A DNA stretch of 64,000 bases from a virus. The notes under the pieces are model-generated. The model was not told the origin of the DNA. It did not search any database and was given only the letters and a program-made list of their open reading frames with translations. Both the position numbers and the translations under genes were made by a program. The stretch spans positions 37,744 to 101,743 of IMG/VR virus record IMGVR_UViG_3300001336_000002; one strand, written 5' to 3'. Every line of letters starts with the position of its first letter. The first letter of the stretch is position 1. This document shows positions 30,001 to 40,231 of the stretch, piece by piece.

Positions 30001-31788
30001 CATCTGGAAGTTTAACTGTTTTAAGAAAAAGACCTATACCAAACTGCTCTATTTTAGTTGTAGGAGGAGGAGGGTCTGGTGGAACCAATGGAAACTCTGC
30101 ATCAGGCGGCGGCGGAGGTGCTGGAGGAAGTGTTGTTCTAGTTAACAATGTAACCCTTTCTCCAAAAACTACTTACACAGTAACTGTAGGATCTGGTGGA
30201 GCACAAAGCACATCAGCAGGGAATAAAGGGGGAAGTAGTTCATGGAACTCACAGTATAATGCAGAGGGCGGCAATGGGGGAGGGGCTGGATATATAACTG
30301 GACCATATGCATATCAGCAAATTGCTGGTAATGGTGGAAACAGAACAAATGGAGGGGGCAGCGGAGGAAGAGGTGGTGTATACGCTCCAGGAAACATATA
30401 CTTTCCTAGTCCAGGAATAAATGGAGGATTTGGTCAACAAGGATCACGACATGAAACAATGACATATCCAGCAAATGGAGAAATAATAGTCGGAGAGATA
30501 ACAGTTCCAGAATATATTGGAATAGACAAGCCAGTAGAAAGAATAGTTGGCTATTTTGGAACAGGCGGCGGCGGCGGTGAGTTTCAGAATAGATGGGATG
30601 GTGGCATAGGATATGCAGGCGGCACAACACCGTGGTTTGTTGATCCAAGATATTACTTAGGATATAGCGGCCCATATTATGGTTCTGGAAGAGGCAAACT
30701 TCTTTCTACTCCAGAAGGTGATTCTTCATACAACAATTATTTTGTTTACAGCAATACCGCTTGGAGGAGTTTTTTTGGTGTTCCTGAAGCCAGAATTTTC
30801 GTAGGAGGAAACGGTGGCGGGGGCGCTTCTGGAGCGTATACTGCATCTACTTCTTCAACCGCAGGTCAAAATGGAATAGTAATTCTAAGATATAGGATAT
30901 AGTATAGTTATGTCTAATTTTGCAAAAATAGAAAATAGTTTTGTGATAGAAATTTTAGTTGTCCCAGATGAATTTTCTGACTTTGGAGAAAAATACCTGT
31001 CAGAGCACTTAGGGCTAGGAGGAAAATGGATTGAGACTCCAAGAAAAAATAATACGTCTGCTATTCTAGGAGGAGAATATTCTGAAATAGAAGATTCTTT
31101 CATTCCTCCAAAGCCGCAGGGCAGTGGGTGGATATTAAACGAAGAATATCAATGGATTAAAGAAAATTCTGTTATAAATGTTGATTCATTTATTCCTCCT
31201 CCTCCACTACCAGCACCCAAATAACCCGAATGGTATAATCTTATTATGGCTTCTGGCTCTACAACCAACTATGAATTTCCCTATCCAGTACTAACAGACC
31301 CAGTTAATTTTACGGGGGACATGGAGGGGCTTGCAGTATCTATAGATTCAAGACTGATAAATCTTGTCACTGGAACTGGCCAGGTTCCTGCAACTGCAAA
31401 CCAGGAAGACAAATACCTTTATTCAGACGGAACTAATGCGGTATGGAGATCAATCGCTTCTTCTTATTTAGAGTCAGTAATTGTTTCTGTTGACACAATA
31501 CAAACTCTAGACTCCTTTGATGTTGCCACATATAGAAGTGCTGAATATATTATTCAGGCAGATCAGGCAGATGTATCAAAAAAGACATTAATGAAGGTTT
31601 TAATTATTCACGATGACTCTACAGTATACTTAACAACCTTTGGCATAATTGAAGTTGGGGCATCAAGAATCCCTCTAGAGATTTCTGGAACTATTAGTGG
31701 CACAAATGTTTTGCTTCAAGCGCAAGTATCAGATGCTTCAACAAATAATGTTGAGTTTGAAATAGTTAGAACAATCTTATCTGTTTAG
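27086..31788 (+). CDS. Minor tail/fibre gene cluster (27086-27445, 27445-28041, paralogues 28044-28931 and 28957-29892, Gly-rich 29889-30902, 30910-31224, 31246-31788)
   Basis: Coupled ORFs; QTANLQEWQ repeats; VGGGGSGG...G.VILRY Gly-rich domain; YRSAEY domain shared with the C-terminus of 21192. Confidence 0.65.
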
Positions 31789-31882
31789 TTTCCAAGACTT
31801 TTTACTTTTACATTTGTGTTTGCAATATAAAAGTTGATATACTTAAGACTTACCAAAATCAAATAGGGATGGTGTTGCTTTT

Positions 31883-33835
31883 ATGTCATTTATTGACGAA
31901 AATGGATCAATTACAGATCCATATAGAAATTTTATTCACATTTCAAGATACAGCCGCTGGCTAGAGGATAAGGGAAGAAGAGAAACTTGGGTGGAGACTG
32001 TAGACAGATACATGAATTTCATGAAGTCTCATCTAGTTAATAATTATAATTATGATGAAAATGATATTAAGTTTGCTCAGGTGAGGGATGCAATTCTTAA
32101 TCACAAGGTTATGCCCTCTATGCGTGCCATGATGACTGCAGGGCCAGCACTAGAAAGAGATAATATTGCAGCATACAATTGCTCTTTTATTGCGGTAGAC
32201 AGCCTTAGAGCCTTTGATGAGGCCATGTATGTATTGATGAATGGCACAGGGGTTGGATTTAGTGTAGAGCAAAAATATGTTGCACAACTTCCAGTAATTG
32301 CTGATGACTTCTATCCAACAGATACAACAATTGTAGTTGCTGATTCAAAACTTGGATGGGCAAAGGCATATAAAGAATTGATTAGTCTTCTTGTTACTGG
32401 ACAGGTTCCTCAGTGGGACATGACTCAGGTTCGTCCAGCAGGAGCAAGGCTTAAAACCTTCGGTGGCCGTGCATCAGGACCAGAACCACTTGATGAGTTA
32501 TTCAAATTTACTGTCGAACAATTCAGAAATGCAGCAGGTCGCCGTCTAAAGCCAATTGAGTCACATGACATTATGTGCAAGATTGGCGAGGTTGTCGTTG
32601 TTGGAGGCGTTCGTCGCTCTGCACTTATTTCATTGTCTAATCTTGATGATTTTGAAATGGCTAAGGCCAAGAGCGGTCAGTGGTGGGAGTCAGAGCCACA
32701 GAGAGCGCTTGCCAATAATTCAGCGGTATATAATTCAAAGCCAAATGTCGCCCAGTTCCTTCGTGAGTGGAGAAATTTATATGAGTCAAAGTCTGGCGAA
32801 CGTGGAATCTACAATATGGACTCTGTTCGTAAGCACATAGATAAGTTTGATCGTCGTGATTCCTCAAAGGTTGCTGGAACAAACCCATGCGGAGAAATTC
32901 TTTTGCGCCCAAACCAATTCTGCAATCTAACAGAAGTTGTCATAGAGGCACAGGATGAATATGAAGATCTTGCTGAAAAGGTAAGAATTGCAACTATCCT
33001 TGGTACATGGCAATCAACTTTGTCAAACTTCAAGTATATTCGTAAGTCATGGAAAGACAATACAGAAGAAGAGCGTTTGCTTGGCGTGTCTCTCACAGGA
33101 ATCTTTGGAAACAAGTTAACGGGAACATTGCACAAAAATCTTCCCAACATGCTTGAGAGCCTAAGAGAACTTGCTGTTGGAGAAAACGCAATTGAGGCAG
33201 ATCTCCTTGGAATTGAACATTCAGCAGCAGTTACGACAGTAAAGCCATCTGGAACTGTTTCTCAGTTGACTGGTGTTTCATCTGGAATTCATCCATGGTA
33301 TTCAAAGTATTACATCCGTACTGTTCGTGCAGACAACAAAGATCCTCTAACATTGTTTCTCAAGGACTTCGGAGTTCCAAATGAGCCAGATGTGATGAAG
33401 CCAGAAGCCACAACCGTTTTCTCATTTCCAATCTCTGCTCCTAAGAATGCCGTAGTTACAGAAGATCTTTCTGCTATCGAACATCTTGAAGTGTGGAAAG
33501 TATATCGCACACATTGGACAGAGCATAATCCATCTGTCACGATCAATGTCAAGGAAAATGAATGGCTTGATGTAGGGGCATGGGTATTCAATAACTTTGA
33601 TTCTATTGGCGGCGTCTCATTTTTGCCAGCATCAGAACACACATATAAGCAAGCCCCATATCAAGAGGTTAGCAAAGAAGAATATGAAGAAATCGTTGCT
33701 AAAATGCCTAAAAACATACCGTGGCAATCACTTCCTATCTATGAGTTAGAAGATACTACTTCAGGCTCTCAGGAGTTGGCGTGCAGCGGCCCCCTTGGCT
33801 GTGAGGTAGTAGACCTTGTTGATCAGTCTGCATAA
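31883..33835 (+). CDS. nrdJ: Class II (adenosylcobalamin) ribonucleotide reductase
   Basis: PSMR, YNCSF, GGVRRSA, TNPCGEI, CNL and TTVKPSGT motifs. Confidence 0.92.
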   Translation: MSFIDENGSITDPYRNFIHISRYSRWLEDKGRRETWVETVDRYMNFMKSHLVNNYNYDENDIKFAQVRDAILNHKVMPSMRAMMTAGPALERDNIAAYNCSFIAVDSLRAFDEAMYVLMNGTGVGFSVEQKYVAQLPVIADDFYPTDTTIVVADSKLGWAKAYKELISLLVTGQVPQWDMTQVRPAGARLKTFGGRASGPEPLDELFKFTVEQFRNAAGRRLKPIESHDIMCKIGEVVVVGGVRRSALISLSNLDDFEMAKAKSGQWWESEPQRALANNSAVYNSKPNVAQFLREWRNLYESKSGERGIYNMDSVRKHIDKFDRRDSSKVAGTNPCGEILLRPNQFCNLTEVVIEAQDEYEDLAEKVRIATILGTWQSTLSNFKYIRKSWKDNTEEERLLGVSLTGIFGNKLTGTLHKNLPNMLESLRELAVGENAIEADLLGIEHSAAVTTVKPSGTVSQLTGVSSGIHPWYSKYYIRTVRADNKDPLTLFLKDFGVPNEPDVMKPEATTVFSFPISAPKNAVVTEDLSAIEHLEVWKVYRTHWTEHNPSVTINVKENEWLDVGAWVFNNFDSIGGVSFLPASEHTYKQAPYQEVSKEEYEEIVAKMPKNIPWQSLPIYELEDTTSGSQELACSGPLGCEVVDLVDQSA

Positions 33836-33899
33836 GGGCGAGGCGGCTTGGGCGGGGGTAGTGTATGAGACTACCTCCGTCCTTGCTATAATATAATAT

Positions 33900-36800
33900 A
33901 TGTCTGTTACTTCAAATCAGTACGCCACAAGAATATTTTCTCAACATCCAATAGCGTGCTGGCCCCTAGATGAAGATGCCTATTATATTTCTTTGATAAA
34001 GCAAGATGATTTAGACATTTCTTTGTGGACCATTACAAACGGGGTTGTTGAATCAGATCCAGACATTCCCAATCAACTTTCACCTTTTCAGGGGCAATCA
34101 GATTATTATAAAATAATAGTCGATGACTACCTATCAATAACTTCATCAGGATATTCAATTGAAGCAGAATCTCCTCCACTATTTTCTTTAAATAAATTAA
34201 ACATAGATTTAAAAAATTTTCATCCCAATATTTTTATATATCAAGATTCACTTTTTGTTGATTCTTATGATATAGGAATTAAATATTGGGATTTTTCAAC
34301 ATCATCAGAAAAAATAGTCTTCGAAAACAGAACATACCCAATTACAAGAGAATGGAAGACTCTTTCCTCAACAATAGACAATCCTCAATATCAGTCCTTA
34401 ACAATAACTTCATCAGGAACGGAAGATAATAGCACCATTACCGTGGCAGATTCCACAAGTTTAGTTCCTGGAATTTTCGTTGAGGGAGATGATATTCCAG
34501 ACCAGACGTACATTGTTTCTATTGCTGGCAATTCTGTAACCTTAAGCAATAGCGTCTCTGCGACTTTTTCTCACAATCTTTCTTTTGTTCCTGGAGCGTC
34601 TATATTTATTAGGTTCAATTTAGTTGAGGGCGGGGGAAGTGACGAAGACTACTCATTTATACTTCACGGACTGTCCGTGGGTCAATGGTCGGAGCAATTC
34701 TGCTTTAAATCCTTAGGCATTTTTAATCAAGAAACTAATGTTGAATTTCAACTACAGAATTCTACATCCTACAAGGCTTTTCAATATGGAAAATCAGATA
34801 GTCCAGCATATTATATTATAGAGGACAACGCCCTTATTGCAAAAAACGAAGGCGTACCAATGGTTTTTGGTTCAGAAAACGTTACAAGGATATATCCATC
34901 TAAATACTCAAACCCATCTCTTGTGTTCCCTAGCGAAGGAATGTTCTCAGAATCGGGTAAAAACAATTCATACACATTAGAGTTTTGGATGAGAATAAGA
35001 CCAAACACAAAAAACCCAATTAAAATATTTGGGCCTTTAGAATCTCAAGATGGCCTGTATGTCTCAGAAGGCTTTATGACCCTATCTATTAATGGTTTTA
35101 TTAAAAGTTTTAATGTTCATGAGTGGTATCGCCCCATGCTTGTTAATATTGTTTATTCACCAGGGAATTATCAAATATTTATAAACGGAGAAAATGCCTT
35201 AGATCTATTGTTTAACTTATCATCTTCAGAATTAGAAGAAAATAAGTGGCTTGGCTTTTTTGGAAATAGTAATATTAGTTTGTTTGAGATAGACTGCATA
35301 TCTATTGCTCCTTATCAAATACCCTTGCAGGTTGCAAAAATTAGATTGGTTTGGGGCCAGGGTACTGACTCAGAACAAAACATAGACAATTCATTTAAAG
35401 GAAAGTCGTTTTCTATATCATACCCAAATGCAAAATATGATGTTAATGCAATATATCCAGATAAGGAAAGATGGAATTCTGCATACTATAGAAACATAGT
35501 TTCTGATTCTAAGTCAATGTCTACTCCAGACTATTCTTTGCCAGAAATATTTTTAAGCGGTAGAAGTGTTAACTTATGGTATTCAGACAACAAAATTGTC
35601 AATGATTTAGAGTATCCAAATGGCAACCATCCCAAATTTGTAACCTTCAGGCCAAACATAAACTCACAAGGAGACGCTTGGCAAACAGAGGGGCCAAATT
35701 GGACAGAAAAATGTTATTTTAAATTTTCAAACTCAACAATCCTATCTTCTCCAGTCGATGCTTTTTATTCCGTACTTGAGATAAATGAAGATATCGCAGA
35801 AGAAAGAGTGCTTGCAAGTTTTGTAAATTCTCTAAGCGGTAAAAGATTAGACGTTAAGGCATCTTCGTATGACGTATCATATACATTTAACAACACTGAG
35901 ATATATTCTTTTGATGCATCACAACAGGATCATATAATGATTGGGTTTCACATCCCAACAATTGCAGATACATTTGGATATGAACTTTCCAACTTTTTCT
36001 CATCTTTTGAAAATTTAGATATTTATATCGGCGGCTCTCCAGACGTAGCATCACAAAGTTTCAATACTTTTGAGGGAAAAATATATAAGGTATCTTTTAT
36101 GGATGAATATGGCTATGATGAGTTACAGGAGTACTTTAATGACAGCGGCTTTGTAGATTTTACTCAAGACGAATTATTTATTGGACACTACTCTACATAC
36201 AGCATGAAGCCGTTTGATAAATTTGGAAGTTTTTTCTTAGACATATCTGTGTCTTCGTATTGGGAAGAATATTTTCCATTAACATATTTTTGTAAAAACA
36301 TAAAAGACATAAACAATGAAGATTATTATGGTTTTGACTTTTTGCAGTTTAATATTGGATACCCCTCAATATTAGAGGAAAAGTCTCTGTTTATTGATGG
36401 AGAAGCATGGTCAAATTATTTGGAGTTTCAGGATTACTACAATTATCCAATTTCTTATGACTATTCTTTTTTGCAAAATGAATCTTTGTCAGGGTTCACA
36501 GATTATCAAAGTTTAATAGACAATGACTACCCAGTTATTAGTTATGCATCCTCTGAATCATCTTTAAGGGCATACGCAACATTTCAAACAATGTCAAGCG
36601 GAATTAAAGAACCTCTAAAGAATTTTGCATATGAAAAATATATTAAAAAGGATTTGGTTGTTGATGCCTCTGTTGACCAACAAGTAGACCCACTTCTTCC
36701 ATATGGAACGAAATATCAATTAGTGGATGGGGCAATAATATATCCTCCCACATATATCGATATCAATAACGTGGCGATAGTTTTTCACTTTAATGTGGAA

Positions 36801-37769
36801 CAAGAAATGGTTTTAACAAACAAACTTTCTGTCAGAGATATGGAGATTTCTTCGAAAGCATTGAATCATAAAAATCCAAATGCTATTGGAACAAGATCTG
36901 GAAGAGAAATATACCCCTATACAAAAACTGGAATTTACTATTCTTACAAAGAAAAAAATCCAATTAGAATATATAAAAAAGATACACCATACCTATATTT
37001 AACAGAAAGTAGCGGTATACAGGTAATTAATTTTAACCAAGGAATAAAAGAAAGAGGAATCCTGATTCCAATAAATCAATCTAAAGAATCAAATTATTAT
37101 TTAGGTGCAACTCAAATGTTCATTAAAGATGAATCTCCATCAACAAACTATGATGGCTATCCAATTTTTGAAATAGATAATGGAGATTTTGTAATAGAGT
37201 TCTACTATAAATTTGACAACACAAATAAAAGAAAAAAGATTTTTGCAAAAAACAAAAATACACAAAGAGATTTTATTGGAGTAATCTTTTATCAAAATGG
37301 AATTCAAGTTGAAAACCCAACTATTGTTCCCAATCAATGGAATGCAATTTCTGTTCTTTTTAAAGACCCCATCAATTTTTCTAATAGATCGGGATCGATA
37401 AATCTTTTTGCAGGATTCACCTTTAATAATGTTTCAGAATATAAGCCAGAAGGACTTGTTGAGATAGCAAACATTATTTCAAGAAGTTGGCTTGAGGTGT
37501 ATACCTCAGACAATGGGATTACATTTAATGACTGGAGATATTGGTATGACGAAAATCAAAGTTCTGCGGTACAGTCATGGAAAGATGTTCTCGTTACCCT
37601 TGGTGAAGAATTCTATGGAATTAGTCCAGAAAATATATATGAAGCATACACTGGAACCAACATAAACGTTATAGACGACAGTTCTGGTATAACAATAAAC
37701 AACAATGACCCCTCAATATCTATATTTAGTGACATATCGTGGTCACTTTTTTCTGGAAAACCATCATAA
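33900..37769 (+). CDS. Large virion protein with LamG/ConA-like segments
   Basis: HPIACWPLDE start; YTLEFW.R; position next to the head genes. Confidence 0.5.
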   Translation: MSVTSNQYATRIFSQHPIACWPLDEDAYYISLIKQDDLDISLWTITNGVVESDPDIPNQLSPFQGQSDYYKIIVDDYLSITSSGYSIEAESPPLFSLNKLNIDLKNFHPNIFIYQDSLFVDSYDIGIKYWDFSTSSEKIVFENRTYPITREWKTLSSTIDNPQYQSLTITSSGTEDNSTITVADSTSLVPGIFVEGDDIPDQTYIVSIAGNSVTLSNSVSATFSHNLSFVPGASIFIRFNLVEGGGSDEDYSFILHGLSVGQWSEQFCFKSLGIFNQETNVEFQLQNSTSYKAFQYGKSDSPAYYIIEDNALIAKNEGVPMVFGSENVTRIYPSKYSNPSLVFPSEGMFSESGKNNSYTLEFWMRIRPNTKNPIKIFGPLESQDGLYVSEGFMTLSINGFIKSFNVHEWYRPMLVNIVYSPGNYQIFINGENALDLLFNLSSSELEENKWLGFFGNSNISLFEIDCISIAPYQIPLQVAKIRLVWGQGTDSEQNIDNSFKGKSFSISYPNAKYDVNAIYPDKERWNSAYYRNIVSDSKSMSTPDYSLPEIFLSGRSVNLWYSDNKIVNDLEYPNGNHPKFVTFRPNINSQGDAWQTEGPNWTEKCYFKFSNSTILSSPVDAFYSVLEINEDIAEERVLASFVNSLSGKRLDVKASSYDVSYTFNNTEIYSFDASQQDHIMIGFHIPTIADTFGYELSNFFSSFENLDIYIGGSPDVASQSFNTFEGKIYKVSFMDEYGYDELQEYFNDSGFVDFTQDELFIGHYSTYSMKPFDKFGSFFLDISVSSYWEEYFPLTYFCKNIKDINNEDYYGFDFLQFNIGYPSILEEKSLFIDGEAWSNYLEFQDYYNYPISYDYSFLQNESLSGFTDYQSLIDNDYPVISYASSESSLRAYATFQTMSSGIKEPLKNFAYEKYIKKDLVVDASVDQQVDPLLPYGTKYQLVDGAIIYPPTYIDINNVAIVFHFNVEQEMVLTNKLSVRDMEISSKALNHKNPNAIGTRSGREIYPYTKTGIYYSYKEKNPIRIYKKDTPYLYLTESSGIQVINFNQGIKERGILIPINQSKESNYYLGATQMFIKDESPSTNYDGYPIFEIDNGDFVIEFYYKFDNTNKRKKIFAKNKNTQRDFIGVIFYQNGIQVENPTIVPNQWNAISVLFKDPINFSNRSGSINLFAGFTFNNVSEYKPEGLVEIANIISRSWLEVYTSDNGITFNDWRYWYDENQSSAVQSWKDVLVTLGEEFYGISPENIYEAYTGTNINVIDDSSGITINNNDPSISIFSDISWSLFSGKPS

Positions 37770-37787
37770 TCTGGTACAATAGTGGTC

Positions 37788-38174
37788 ATGAGCACAAAAA
37801 AATGTTCAATTGATGGTTGCAAAAAAATACTAAAAAGTCATGGACTGTGCTCTACTCATGCCGAAAGATTAAGGAAGCATGGAGATCCAACATTTTCTTT
37901 AAAGCCAAGAAGACCCGTTATATCTTATATAGGAATTCATGCAAAATTGAGAAGAACTGTTGGCAAGGCTTCGTCACACCCCTGCTCTCACTGCACAAAT
38001 GTTGCTCAAGAGTGGGCCTATAATCACGAAAGCGTTTTTGAGTTGTCTGAAAACATGATTAATAGACATGGAAATCTAATGTCTGCGCCATATTCTCCAA
38101 GAATAGTAGACTATATTCCATTGTGCAAAAAGTGTCACGCAATTTTTGATAAAAGGGAAAATAATGAGCAATAG
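37788..38174 (+). CDS. HNH-like homing endonuclease
   Basis: CSIDGC...GLC..H..R.R.HGDP; Y..IH..L; C..C; LC..CH..FD. Confidence 0.7.
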   Translation: MSTKKCSIDGCKKILKSHGLCSTHAERLRKHGDPTFSLKPRRPVISYIGIHAKLRRTVGKASSHPCSHCTNVAQEWAYNHESVFELSENMINRHGNLMSAPYSPRIVDYIPLCKKCHAIFDKRENNEQ

Positions 38175-38550
38175 AAAAAAAATTGGTAAGTCTAAATTAA
38201 CCGTTATGAATACGGGCGACGCCCAAAAAAGAGCCGTTGGCTTTGCCTTTGGTTTGTACTTTTGGAGACTTCCTGACGGGCACCTCTTCAAAGATGATGA
38301 GGGAAGACTTTTAAACATTCCATCAATTGAAGGAGATCTTGGTCAAATGATGAAGTTGCGTCAGGCAGCGGCCCACTATGGTCAGCCAGATGGAGAGCCA
38401 TGGTTCTATGCTGGAATAAATAGGGCAACTGATGAAGAATATCAAGAACAACTTGATAGACTAGATTCTGGACTTATCCCCTCCCTTAATGATATTGGCG
38501 CTGTCGCTGCAGCAAAGAAATCTCTAGAATTATATGGAGAATCGGACTGA
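38164..38550 (+). CDS. Hypothetical protein upstream of portal
   Basis: Coupled to the portal start. Confidence 0.6.
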   Translation: MSNRKKIGKSKLTVMNTGDAQKRAVGFAFGLYFWRLPDGHLFKDDEGRLLNIPSIEGDLGQMMKLRQAAAHYGQPDGEPWFYAGINRATDEEYQEQLDRLDSGLIPSLNDIGAVAAAKKSLELYGESD

Positions 38551-40181
38551 TGAGCCAAGAAATTTACATAGACGCTAAAATGGCTGATCAAATTATAGAA
38601 GATCAGTTAAAGGACAAAGACCCATTTAATAAATCATGGAATGAACTTTCTTCCTTGAGAGGATTAAATAAAAATTTTAAAAGAAGAGTGTCTAGAACAG
38701 AAAAGGCAAACACGGTAATTAACAATATTCCTCGCAATGCACAGGGTGGGGTTAGCGAACAGTATTTGTCAGATTCAAAGGCCATTGGCCAAAGCGATAA
38801 CGCAGGAGCAAAATCAAAGAAAATTAATCCTGGACAAGTATATAGAAATGGATATGGAATCTTTGACCTCATTACTCCCCCATACAATCTCTACGAACTT
38901 TCTTCATACTATGACACATCTTTTGCTAATCATGCCGCCGTGGACACAAAAGTTTCTAATGCCGTAGGCATGGGCTTTCATTTTGAAATGACACCCCAAA
39001 CCATGATGAAGTTAGAGGGTATGAATAATGAATCTGCAAAAATGAAAGCAAAAAGAAGAGTGGAGCAATTAAAGATAGAACTTTCTGGGTGGCTTGACAG
39101 CCTTAACGATGATGAAAGCCTAACAAAAACCTTGCAAAAGGTTGTTACCGATATGGAAGCAACGGGAAACGGCTATATTGAGGTAGGTAGAACTGTCGCG
39201 GGGGACATAGGCTATGTAGGCCACATTCCAGCAGTAACCATGAGAGTCAGAAGACTACATGATGGATATATCCAAATTATTGCTGGAACTATTACATACT
39301 TTAGAAATTTTGATGCCACCAACTCAAATCCAGTAACAGATGATCCAAGACCTAATGAGGTTATTCACCTTAAGCAATACTCTCCCCTTAACACCTTTTA
39401 TGGTGTTCCCGATGTTATTGCAGCAATGACCTCTCTAAGAGGCGATCTAATGGCAGCCCAGTACAATATAGATTATTTTGAAAATAAGGCTGTTCCCAGA
39501 TACATTATTACAGTCAAGGGGGCCAAACTTTCTGCAGAAGCCGAAGATAGACTCTTTAGATTCTTCCAAACAAATCTAAAGGGGCAAAGCCATAGAACCC
39601 TTTATGTGCCTTTGCCAGGGGACTCAGATGGAAATAAAATTGAATTCCAGATGCATCCAGTAGAAAACAATATTCAAGAGGCATCGTTTAATGAATATAG
39701 AATTAGAAACAGAGACGACATTCTCATGGCTCATCAAGTCCCACTATCAAAATTAGGCGGGGTAGATACCTCAACGGCGGGGGCAATGACTCAAGACAGA
39801 ACCTTTAGAGACCAAGTTGTTTCACCGTTGCAAGAATATGTCGAAAAAGCAATAAATAAAATTGTTAAAGAAAAAACAGATGTTATCGCCTTGAAGTTTA
39901 ACAAAGCAAGCCTTACAGACGAAGTTGCACAATCTCAAATTCATGAAAGATATGCAAAGATTCAAGCAATGTTGCCAAATGAAATTCGTGAAGAAATTGG
40001 TCTTCCTCAGATGGATGGCGGAGACGAACCATTTCAAATGACAGCAAGGATGGCAGCAGACACAAGAGCAAATACTGCAAGAAACAGAGAACGAGATGCA
40101 GAAAGGATGAACGAACAGTCTGATGGTCCAGGAGCAATAACGGGAAGAAGTCCTAAAGGCGAGGGTCGTAGTTCTTCATAA
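38550..40181 (+). CDS. Portal protein
   Basis: D.E.TGNGY.E, NEVIH, YGVP, YF.N.A.P, PNEIRE..GLP. Confidence 0.9.
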   Translation: MSQEIYIDAKMADQIIEDQLKDKDPFNKSWNELSSLRGLNKNFKRRVSRTEKANTVINNIPRNAQGGVSEQYLSDSKAIGQSDNAGAKSKKINPGQVYRNGYGIFDLITPPYNLYELSSYYDTSFANHAAVDTKVSNAVGMGFHFEMTPQTMMKLEGMNNESAKMKAKRRVEQLKIELSGWLDSLNDDESLTKTLQKVVTDMEATGNGYIEVGRTVAGDIGYVGHIPAVTMRVRRLHDGYIQIIAGTITYFRNFDATNSNPVTDDPRPNEVIHLKQYSPLNTFYGVPDVIAAMTSLRGDLMAAQYNIDYFENKAVPRYIITVKGAKLSAEAEDRLFRFFQTNLKGQSHRTLYVPLPGDSDGNKIEFQMHPVENNIQEASFNEYRIRNRDDILMAHQVPLSKLGGVDTSTAGAMTQDRTFRDQVVSPLQEYVEKAINKIVKEKTDVIALKFNKASLTDEVAQSQIHERYAKIQAMLPNEIREEIGLPQMDGGDEPFQMTARMAADTRANTARNRERDAERMNEQSDGPGAITGRSPKGEGRSSS

Positions 40182-40231
40182 AATATGTTATTATGTAAAG
40201 TTGTTAAAAATAATGTATAATATTAGTTGAT

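Noticed and set aside
33900-38550. Terminase expected before the portal
   Set aside because: No Walker A/B or nuclease motifs recognised; the terminase is probably outside the window, as in some other large actinophages.
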